DNA of 57,387 nucleotides, counting the filler, from Dimargaris cristalligena (taxonomy: Eukaryota): assembly GCA_003614675.1 (NCBI GenBank). It is 4 parts of 4 records of this genome, joined end to end, with 100 filler letters (N's around TTAATTAATTAA, not from the genome) between each part and the next. Parts side by side here need not be neighbours in the genome. Positions count along the whole stretch, not along the records: positions 1 to 14,337 come from ML002953.1; 3 more parts are not named here. The stretch is one strand, 5' to 3'. Position numbers and translations under genes: made by a program. Shown here in pieces: positions 1 through 10,100 of the stretch. Every line of letters begins with the position of its first letter. Within the stretch, counting starts at the first letter, position 1. The notes under the pieces are model-generated. The model saw nothing but the letters and a program-made list of their open reading frames with translations, did not search any database and was not told the origin of the DNA.

Positions 1-3000
1 GAGGATACTGCTTCTGAGAACGTCGCCCAAGAACCTGCAGAAGCTGAAGAATTGGAGGTCGAGGCCGTGTCCACTGGAGGCATCGAGGAATCAGTTCCTA
101 CAGCTGGGGGTGAGGCAGAGATTTCCGGAATCGATGAGCAAGAGCGCGATGTCACCGTCGCCGAAGTTGCCGACGTTGAATCTGTTCCGGCTAAAATCGT
201 TGAGGTCGAGACCGCACCTATTGAAGAAGTCGTGCGCGAAGCTCCTACCGCTGAAGAAATCAAGTCTAAGATTGACGCTACCGAAGTCACTGATGTTGAG
301 GTCGCCTCTACCGGAGGTGTCGTTGAAGAAGCCGTTGCCACTGATAAAGTCGTGGCTGAGACCGCCGCCGTGGATGACTTAGTGGAAGAGCCTATTTCCG
401 TAGATGAGGTCAATGTCGAAACTAACGTTACCGATGTTCAAGAACGTGAGGCTCTTGCGGTTGAAACTACCGAGGCCGAGGCTGCTCCCGTTGAAGAAGT
501 CGAAGGAGAATCTGTTCCCGCTGAAGTAGTTGAGGCCGAAACCACAACTGCTGAAATCGTCGAGGCCCAGGTTGCACCCGCGGAAGATGTCGTTGAACAA
601 TCCGCTGTTGCTGAAGAAGTCGGGGCCGAAGTCCCTGCCGCCGAAGTGCCAGAACACAAGGACGCCGCCGATGAAGCCACTGACGAAGTCGTGGCTGAAT
701 CTGAACCCGCCGAAGAATTCGAGACCGCGATTACCGCTGCGGAAGTTGTCGACGCTGATACCACGCCCATCGATGAGATCGTCGAAGTAAGTGCTTCCGT
801 TGATGAAGTGGAGTCCGATGCCGTTGCCGCTGAATTTGTCGAAACTGAGACTGCCCCCAACGCCGAAGTCGAGTCCGAAGTTGATTCCGCTGTTGTGCAA
901 GAGCGCGAGGTTATTGCCGATGAAGTCGTCGAAGCCGACACCGAAGTCGCTGAAGAATCTGCTGCCCCCGGAGTGACTGAGGCTGAGACCACACCCGCTG
1001 ATGTCATCGTGGAAGAACCTATTGCCTCTGACGTTGTCGAGGCTGATATTGCCGCCGCCGATGATGAAGAACCCGAGAATGTTGCTGCCGAAGTTGTAGA
1101 GGCTGTAGCCGTACCGACCGAAGCTGAGACTGAGGTCACCATCGAAGTGCTAGAGCCCGGAGCCGTTGCCGATGAAGTCATTGAGGCTGACACCAAGTCC
1201 GCCGATGAAGTCACCGAAGAACCTGCTGCCCCCGAAGCGATCGAGGCTGAGGCCACACCCGCTGATCCCATCGTGGAAGAAACCATTGCCTCTAACGTTA
1301 TAGAGGCTGATATTGTCGCCGCTGATAATCCAGAACTCGAGACCGTTGTCGTTGAAGTCGTAGAGCCTGAGGCTGCACCCACAGAAGAGATCGTCGAAGA
1401 AACTGCACCAGCTGAGGCTGAGACTGACGCTGTCGCCGAAGTGCAAGAGTCTGATAGCTTTGCCGCTGAAGTCGTAGAGGGCGATGCCGCTCCCGTAGAA
1501 CCCATTTCGGAAATAATTGAATTCACGGGTGAAGTTGAGGCCAAGGTTGCTGTCACCGAAGTGATTGAACCCGAGGTCAATGTCGCCGAAGCCTTAGAGC
1601 CTAAGGCCACATCCGCAGAAGAGATTGTCGAAGAAGATTCACCCGCTGAGGTTGAGACTGAGGTTGTCGCCGAGGTGCAAGAGCCTGAAATCGTTGCTAC
1701 CGAAATTGTCGATGCTGAAGTCACACCCGCAGAAGACATTGTGGAAGCCACTATTGCCGCCAATGTACAAGAGCGTCAGGTCGTTGCCGCTGGAAACGAC
1801 GAAGTCGAAGTCACTCCCATCGATGACGTCGTCGAAGAACCCACTGCTACTGAAGAAGCGGAGATCGAGGTTGACACTACCAATGTGCCCGAACCCGAGA
1901 CTATTGTCGCTGAAGTTACTGAAGTTGAATCCTCTCCCACTGACGAAGCTGAGGCCCCTATTGCCACCATTGATGAACATGTGCCCGAAGTCGCTGTTGT
2001 TGAAACTGTCGAGGTTGAAGCCAATCTTGTTGACGAGGCCGTTGAAGAATCGGTCGCCACTGAAGAAGTAGAGAGCGATGTTGCAGTTGTCGATGTGCAA
2101 GAGCGAGAGAGCTCTACCGCCGAAGCTGACGTTGCCGAGGCTAGCCCCGTTGAAGAGGTCGTAAACGAAGCAGCAGCTGAGGAAGACAAGATCGAGGCCG
2201 AGGTTGATGTTCAAGAGCCCAAGGTCGCTGCCGATGTAATTCGTGCTTCAGAGATCACTCCTACTGATGTATCGGCGCCGGAGTCTACCCATGCACATGA
2301 ATCGGTGGAAGATGATACCCCCGTCGACGTTCACGAGCGTGAGGTACCTACCGTCGAAGAACCCGTGTTTGAACCTGCCCCAGCTGAGGTGCTTCCCGCT
2401 GCTGCTGAGGTTATCGAATCCCATTCGCCCGTTTCTGAAGTCGAAACCGAAGTTGCCCCTACCGTTGTGCAGGATCGCGAGATCGCTGTCACTGAAGTTG
2501 AGGCTGAGGCCACTCCTGTTGAGAAACTAGAAATCTCTCCTCCCGCGGAAGATGTTGAAGCCGTGGTTGCCCCCGCCGAAGTACAAGGCTCTGAAGTCAC
2601 TCCGACTGAGGTTGGCGAAGTCGAGGCCGCCCCCTATGAAGACGTCCCGCAAGAAAATTCCCCTACCGATCAAGTGGAGGAAGACGTTGCACCCGCCGAT
2701 GTGTATGGCCGGGAAGCTTCAGCTGCCGGAATTGACGAAGCCGAAGCTACCCCCGCTGAAGCTGTTGTCGAAGAGCCTGTTACCATTGAACAATTGGTGG
2801 CTGAGGTTGCTCCAGCCGAAGTTCAAGAACGCAGTGTTGCTCCTATTGAAGTTGACGAGGTTGAGGCTACTCCCACTGCTGATGTTGAGGATAAGGTAGC
2901 GCCCGTCGACATTCAAGAACCCGAGGTTGCCCCTGCTGCGGAATCTGGCGATTTGGCCGGACCTGTCGAGGAGGCTACGCCTGAAGCCGATGTTGTCGAT

Positions 3001-3585
3001 ATTCGTGAGGTAGTAGACCCTGTTGCTGTGTCCGAATCTGCTCAAGATTCACCCGCCGAACCGGTCGAAAAAGCTGTTCAGGACGAGGCTGTCGTACTTG
3101 AGGCTGAATCATTAGTCGAAACCCCAAGTGAAGCGTATCTCACCCCCGTGCCTTCTGCAGGTCCCTTGACTCGTTCTGCCATCGTTACCAAGTCCACTCC
3201 TGCGGTTGGTACCAATGCGACTACCGAACCAATTCCTACGGAAGATTCCAAGTTATCGGGTGGTCTGGGTGACGCCGCCTTGAAGGCTGGCGACAGCCCC
3301 CTAGCCATCGTTATCCCAGAACGGGATCAGGTAGACCTGGACCATTCTGACGATGAAAGTTGTAGTGATTCGGCTACATCGTCTAATCCGGTTTCCGAGA
3401 GCGCCTCGGTCTACCACCCCGCTACCGGACCCTCCAGTCGCGCCTCGAGCTACCAGTCCACTGCCTCGGCGCCCGCCAATATGACGTCGTTCCCCTTCAA
3501 GCCTTCGTCTACGTCTGGTCACCAATCGGCGGCTCCCCATCCCCCTGCCCGCAGACGTAAGAGAGACCGTTGCACCATTTTCTAA
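1..3585 (+). CDS. 5'-partial giant acidic Glu/Val/Ala/Pro/Thr repeat protein with polybasic CaaX C-terminus; paralog of the downstream MINDY gene without the catalytic domain
   Basis: Frame 1 is open from base 1 (EDTASENVAQ...), so the true start lies outside the contig. Internal duplications (e.g. 961 vs 1225, 264-nt offset). Ends RRRKRDRCTIF*. C-terminal blocks (ATPEADVVDI, LTRSAI, SASVYHPATGPS, RCTIF) align with 7123..12309. Confidence 0.85.
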   Translation, partial: EDTASENVAQEPAEAEELEVEAVSTGGIEESVPTAGGEAEISGIDEQERDVTVAEVADVESVPAKIVEVETAPIEEVVREAPTAEEIKSKIDATEVTDVEVASTGGVVEEAVATDKVVAETAAVDDLVEEPISVDEVNVETNVTDVQEREALAVETTEAEAAPVEEVEGESVPAEVVEAETTTAEIVEAQVAPAEDVVEQSAVAEEVGAEVPAAEVPEHKDAADEATDEVVAESEPAEEFETAITAAEVVDADTTPIDEIVEVSASVDEVESDAVAAEFVETETAPNAEVESEVDSAVVQEREVIADEVVEADTEVAEESAAPGVTEAETTPADVIVEEPIASDVVEADIAAADDEEPENVAAEVVEAVAVPTEAETEVTIEVLEPGAVADEVIEADTKSADEVTEEPAAPEAIEAEATPADPIVEETIASNVIEADIVAADNPELETVVVEVVEPEAAPTEEIVEETAPAEAETDAVAEVQESDSFAAEVVEGDAAPVEPISEIIEFTGEVEAKVAVTEVIEPEVNVAEALEPKATSAEEIVEEDSPAEVETEVVAEVQEPEIVATEIVDAEVTPAEDIVEATIAANVQERQVVAAGNDEVEVTPIDDVVEEPTATEEAEIEVDTTNVPEPETIVAEVTEVESSPTDEAEAPIATIDEHVPEVAVVETVEVEANLVDEAVEESVATEEVESDVAVVDVQERESSTAEADVAEASPVEEVVNEAAAEEDKIEAEVDVQEPKVAADVIRASEITPTDVSAPESTHAHESVEDDTPVDVHEREVPTVEEPVFEPAPAEVLPAAAEVIESHSPVSEVETEVAPTVVQDREIAVTEVEAEATPVEKLEISPPAEDVEAVVAPAEVQGSEVTPTEVGEVEAAPYEDVPQENSPTDQVEEDVAPADVYGREASAAGIDEAEATPAEAVVEEPVTIEQLVAEVAPAEVQERSVAPIEVDEVEATPTADVEDKVAPVDIQEPEVAPAAESGDLAGPVEEATPEADVVDIREVVDPVAVSESAQDSPAEPVEKAVQDEAVVLEAESLVETPSEAYLTPVPSAGPLTRSAIVTKSTPAVGTNATTEPIPTEDSKLSGGLGDAALKAGDSPLAIVIPERDQVDLDHSDDESCSDSATSSNPVSESASVYHPATGPSSRASSYQSTASAPANMTSFPFKPSSTSGHQSAAPHPPARRRKRDRCTIF

Positions 3586-3681
3586 ATCTATTAATTAGGA
3601 GAGTAACTTTCCACCAAAAAAAAACATACCTTTACTTATTTGTTTTGGCAATTAACTCCTTGCCCAGGGTTATTTTTCTTG

Positions 3682-3997
3682 CTACCTATACCCATATACC
3701 CATACACTCTTAAACCCATATATACCTAAACCCCTAAATTTTTAAACCCATACACACCTAAATTTCTAAACTACAAAACTACAAAATCCCTAAACCCATA
3801 CATACCTATACCCCTAAATCCCTAAAATCTCCTAAACTCCTAAAACCATACCCACCTATACCCTCAAATCCCTAAACTTCTAAACCCATACATACCTATA
3901 CCCCTAAATTTTTAAATCCATATACCCCTACACTCTTAAACCCATATATCCATACACCCTCATACCCTTATACCCCTATACCATAATTATTTTTCTT
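3682..3997. repeat. G-free degenerate minisatellite built from CCCTAAA / TAAACCCATA / CATACC units
   Basis: 316 nt with no G on the + strand. TAAACCCATACATACCTATACCCCTAAAT occurs at 3791 and 3881; about six CCCTAAA heptamers. Confidence 0.8.
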
Positions 3998-6900
3998 GGC
4001 GTAATAGTCAATCCATATAATCTGTATGTGTCCACATTTTTGTCGGACAAGGTTATATGACGCTGCTCTTCTCCCACCCACGATTTTGAATTTCTTGCGG
4101 CGAGTGAATTCCCTCACTTGCCTGAACTTCACGATTCTGGAGTGGTATGGGAGAATATGTTGGCACTTGGCTACGCCTCGTCATATCTCAATACATAACC
4201 GTGTTATTCACACATTAACCTATTAAACATACCCCAAATAAACCAAATTTCTACACCCCTCCTATCCAACTAAACCCGGAAAATGTGATGGCAATAATAA
4301 ACCGCGGGTACTAATGGGACACTATACTTACAGTATAGAAGAGGGGACTATGCATGATATAGCATAGAACTTGGTTTATGTAAGAAGAGAGATGGAAGTC
4401 AGTCTAGGCTTTAATGTGTTCAGCATTTTACTATTGCATCTGTTTGGTATAGAAACAGGCTAGGAAGAGTGCAAAGCTGGGGTGGTCGTAAACAACCGAC
4501 ATTGAATGGCAACATGCCCTCAATGATAGGTGGGGAATATCGGCATATTCCATCAACAAAAATGTACCAGGAATAGCAATGTAGGATTTCCAGTCGGTAG
4601 TTCTGTGAGAAGCCTGGGAATCTTTATAAATTTATCAGAGCAGCTTTAGGCGAAATGGTAGTATTCGTAATGCTGCGATTGTAACGGGGTCGCGGCGGAC
4701 CGTGGGTATTACCAGTCGTGCTCGGATCCGAGGCGGGATAGGGGAACTCGAACGATTCTTTAATTAGGGCAATTGTAGAGTTTAGTAATAAAGTTAATTA
4801 TTTTATTGGAACACACCTTTTTCCCGAATTCCGGGTCAATCCGTTTAATTTATAATATTGGTTCGATTAAGGTTTTCGGCTCCGGCGCTTATCGCGCTTG
4901 CTTCGCTCGTTGGGGGGCCCGGCCGGGGTTCTGTCACGTGACGGGGGGGATGATCGGGCCGGGGGTTTGTCGTGCGGTTGCACGATCAGCCAGGCGTTGG
5001 AGACTAGGGCTGGTCTCCCCTTCCCGATGTTGCTGGCCGGATTTGTACAGGGATTAAACATATTTATAAATGACGGGGTGGATGGGGCATATTTCCCCCA
5101 TTAATGGCACTAGATAGGGTTTATACAGATCGGAATGGCTACCCCCAAAGTATAGCTGTCAGCTGATACTAGCTACATCATATAATATGGTTGTTATGTT
5201 TTTAACCGTATAGTATGATTTTGAATGACGGTGTAGATGGCCAATGATTCAACAGCATACGTATGGGTGAAATTCGGCCCAGCTGTAGAAGACTTTTAAA
5301 GGATAATACGTGTATGGGAAAATGGGTTAAAGATTCATTTTCAACCAGTAACATTTGCCCCATCCAACGGATTTTATGGTATGAGACCTATCCAGTCCCT
5401 GCGTAGCTGCAGGAGGATTATTCCCCCATAGTTAATATTCGGCTTCGACTCACCCGGTCAACTGTCCCACCACATGAGAGTGACTCCTCCCTCCCGTGAT
5501 CGCATATACCAGACTGGCTTATATGCCCCCGCCATCCATATAGTATTCAGGCCAGCCTTGGCCTTATTCTTTATCCTAACCCCCCTCTACCCTGTCGCGA
5601 CCCGACGGTTGGCTTCCGAAAGGGTCACTCCGTCATTTGTTTCGAACCCTGGCCCTTTTATTCTCTAGAGGGTGTATTCTCTGGTTAGCCGGTCTTTTCC
5701 CTGCGCATGAGCACCGGGGCTACCTGCCTCGGTCTGTGGGGAATCCGCTGGTCGGCTCAGGGTCGCTGGTTTTTGTTTTTGTGTACTACGGTAGATGGTG
5801 GGAGTACAGTAACGATTCCCTTCGTCCAACTTTCCTAATCTGTAGTTCGGCCGCCTGTTTCGCTGCATAATCAATCACCAGCGTGGTGGGTGGGTTTAGG
5901 AGTATAAAGCATCCGCAGCCAAGGTCGCGTGGGTATCGCAGGATGCTGATCCCATCAGCAGGAGCTGTAGTAATCCTCCCTAAATAGGGTGATGGTTGAT
6001 AAGAGCAGCCCTCCCCAAAGGAAGCGTGGGTGTGGTATTCATCATCGTTGGGTACAGGTGAAAACACACCTGGTCCGGAAATCCAGTTTGCCTGACAGTA
6101 GGAGATTACGAGTGAGTGAGTGAGTGGGTGGGTGGGTGAGTGAAGGAGAGAGGGAGGAAAGACCCCCTCTCCTCTCAGTTGCTGTGGAGTGCATATTGCC
6201 CCCATAGCACTTCCCCTCATTCCTGGCTTCCCCCTACCGCAATTCTATTGCAACCCCATGCAATTCGATAGATGCCGAGAGACCAGAGCCGCAACCCCTC
6301 CTGGCGTCTTCGTTTTGAGACCGAATGGGGTTAGTACACTTAATCGAAGCTTAATAAACCCGGCAGTGAATCCCAGCCCGGTGGTTGTCGGGTACCCCAT
6401 GCAGTGGACGAAGGGTCGAAGTTTGGATTGAAGTATATTGGGATTTATTGGGTTGGGTTGGTGGGGGGGTAATCATCGGCCGGGACAGGTCGATCCTCGC
6501 ACTCGGCGGGGTTTATGCCATTGCATAGGGGCTAGAGGTTTATTTTCGACCGTCAAGGCCTTGTCAATGGCGGGTAAACGAAGCGTATCAGCGGGTCTTT
6601 ATCCTTACATCGCCTATCGGTGCCCTCGTCGGTTACTAATGCTAGGGGGTGCGGATAAAGAATAGCCAGTCCCGTGTCGCGGGTTCGGTGCCTTTGTTTG
6701 CAACTACGGGTGGTTGGCTTTTCCTTCAGCTGCTGGCCCACACGTAGTTCTCCCTCTCTCTCTATATGCCAAAGCGTAGAGCTGTGCTGGGCAGAGTGTG
6801 GAGGGGAGCAACGTCAGTGCTTCATGGGCATCTTATCCCTCCCCTCTCTTTTCCCTTTTCTCTTGTTTCTCTTCTCTTCCCTCCGCTTTTCTTTCCTTCT

Positions 6901-7122
6901 TCTGCACCCACACACTATTCTTGTTTTCTTTGCCCCCCGGTCGTTTTCTTATCATATTTATCCTATATTTTGCCCCTTTTTTTATATATTTGAAACTCAG
7001 GCTACCTGTTGCCACTGTCCCCCCGGTGTTATCTGTCTGGGCCCGCCTTATTGTCTCCCGTATTATCTCCCCGCCCTGTGGTCTCGCTTGCCATACCACA
7101 CGAACACACAACCCCCCCAGTC

Positions 7123-10100
7123 ATGTCTACTCCCCCCCACCACCCCGACGGTGTCGAAATACCCACCAGCGAGCCTGTCTCCGTTACCCCCGCCTCCAAG
7201 GACGAGCCCACCGAACTAGCACAGAAGATGGCCACCACTCCCACAGATGAGGCTACATCCCTTACCCCATTGCATACAGCCGACATGGTTTCCCCTTCTG
7301 CATCAGAGGAACTCGACCAAACCGTTGAGCTGCCAGTTGCTGTCGCCGACGAGCCGGTCGCCGTGGTCGCTGCCAACCTCCAGGAACCCACTGCTACCCC
7401 TGTTACAACCACTATCCCGTCGTCCGACGATGCTCTGCCTACCGAAGCCACCGTATCGCTTCTGACCGACGAAATCCAAGGTACAACCACCCCGGTTACA
7501 CCAGTCGACTCCGTGACACTTCTACCATCTGAGGCCCCAGTCGATGGGGCGTTGTCTACCAAAGCAGAGACCGAGGTTGAGGATAATACCCTGTCTACTC
7601 ACCCCGAAGATGCCTCCGCCGACTCGACCGTCCTGGCGGAGACCACCAAAGTTGAAGTCCCCCTTCAAACTGCCGCTACACCCACCGCCGAAATCACCGA
7701 AACCACTGAAGAGCCTGCTGAGGTGGTGGAACCATCGGCTGTCGCGGTTTCCTCTAAAGCCGAGCCGGAGGAATCCTCCAGTATCGCGGTCGGCAGCGAA
7801 CTTCCCGAATCCGACTCCGAATCCAAAATTGAGCCTGAAATGGATCGGGTAATCGAACCCAAGGTCGACGATACCCCGGCCGAACCGGAGGTTCAATCAA
7901 TTATTGAGCCCAATCATGCCGAGCCGGAACCGACTGAGGATGAGGCACCCAGCTCTGCACCCCTGGCTGATACCACTGCCCAATCAGATGCTGAACCCGA
8001 AGCTCCCATCCCTGCCGAGGCCCAGTCTGATTTATCAGTAATCGACCCGGCCCCCACTACGGCGGCCGTGGAGGTGACCGCGGAAGCCGTGTCTGAACCC
8101 GAGGCCACATCGGAACCAATCATCGACGTCGAGAAGACTCCGGAAAATACCGAAACACCCGAGTCCACCCCCCAGGTGGAAGCCGACGCTACTCCCGTGG
8201 AGGCTCTTGACCAATCGGCTGAAGCCGCCGTGCTGGCGGAACCCGAATCCGACACTGTGCTGACGGAGGCGACCATCCCGGAGCCAGAGGTGGAATCCAT
8301 TGCGGAAGCACCCCTTGAGGCCAGTAGCCCAATCGATGCGGAGCCCGAGTCCCCAGTTGCTCAGGAAGCCGAGGTAGCTCCAGAGACCGCCCCGGCTACC
8401 GAGTCCACTAACTTTCCCGAGCAGAACAGCGATGATGCCCCCAAGGTAGAACCAACTGCCGAATCCGAACCGGAAGTGCAAGCCATTACCGAGCCCGAGT
8501 CGATTGCTGAAGTAGAACCGGTTCCTACCTCGGCCGCCGACCTCGAGGTCAGCCAGGACGAAACCCCGGAAACTGAAGCGGCTATTGATTCGGAAACGGC
8601 AGTATCTCCTGTTCCCGAGTCCCTGCCGACTACTGAGCCGGAGGTGGAAGCTGTCTCGGTCCCCGAGGCCGCAGCTGAGCCCGAAACCCTAGTCGAGCCA
8701 GTGGAAAGGGAAGTGGCCGTACCAGAGGTTACGACCGAAACTGAACAGGTCGCCGAGACTGAGCAGGAGCCCCTGGTAGAAGTCGAGGCCACTCCAGAGC
8801 CCGAGTCGGTGGCCGTTCAGGAACCTGAACAGGCTTCCGACGTAGTCGCTACATCCGCACCCGAGGAAACGGCTGAAGCTGAACCCGTGCCCGAAGTAGA
8901 GTCCGCCGCTGCTCCCGAACCTGACACCGTTATCCTGGATGAGTCGACTGAAGCTGTCCTGGAGCCCGAGTCTATTCCCGAGCTCGAGGTGGACGAGTCA
9001 GTCATCCCTGAGGCCGCTCCCGCCGAAGTTGTCGAGTCTAAGCCTATACCTACCGAGGTACACCCAACCGAGTCTATTGCTGAGCCCGAGGTGGATGAAC
9101 CAGTAGTCACTGAGCCCCTATCCGAGTCCGTTCCCGCCGAGGTGGTCGAATATGAGGTTACTCCTGACGAGGTACACCAAGCCGAGTCTATTCCCGAACT
9201 CGAGGTAAATGAACCAGTAATCACTGAGCTCCAGTTCGAGACCGCTTCCACCGAGGCTGTTGAGTTCGAGCTTACTCCTGTTGAAGTGGATCAACCAATT
9301 GTCACCGAGCCTCTAGTCGAGACCGCTCCTTCTGAGGTACATCAGTCCGAGCCCGTCTCTACTGAAGTGGTTGAACCTGAAGTCGCTACCCTTGAAGTGT
9401 CTGAACCCGAGCTGGTCTCCACCGAGGTGCTTGTCTCTGGGTCTGATTCTACTGAAGTCATTGAGGCTGAGTCCGATTTAGCCGAAGCGCTTGAGCCTCA
9501 GTCTGCTCCTGTCGAAGAAATTGAATGTCCGGCCGCTCCGTCGGAAACCATTACATTCGCGTTGGCTCCCGCCGAAATGTCTGTTTCCGAGACTACTTCC
9601 ATTGAAGTTCATGATCCGGAAACCGAGTCTAGCCGTAATATCGTCCTCGACGATCCGGAACAGGTGGCCGACTCTACTCCCGAGATTGAATCACAATCCG
9701 TGGAAGTGCCCGAAGAAGTACCGGCTGTAGTGCAATCAGAACAGCCGATCGAGACGGTCAGGGAGGCTGAGCCAGCTGCTGAAGTCGTTCAAGACGAACC
9801 AGAAGTTGAGGTGAAGGAAGAGGTGTCCCAAGCCGCTGACCCTGAGCTTGTGCTCAACCAGGATCCCGAGAGCACGCCCGATCAAGAGCCCGATGCTGCC
9901 CCTATTGTGGAATCCGTTGACTTGTCTGGGCCTGCCGTAGAGGCTACTCCTGAAGCCGATATTGTTGATATTAATGAGGTCGAGGAGCCGGCTGTCCAAC
10001 CCGAATCTGCTCACGATCAGTCTGCCGAGCCAGCGGTTGAGTCGACTGTGGAAGAAGCCATTCTTCCTGAGGCCGAATCACCGGTCGAGGCCCAAACCGA

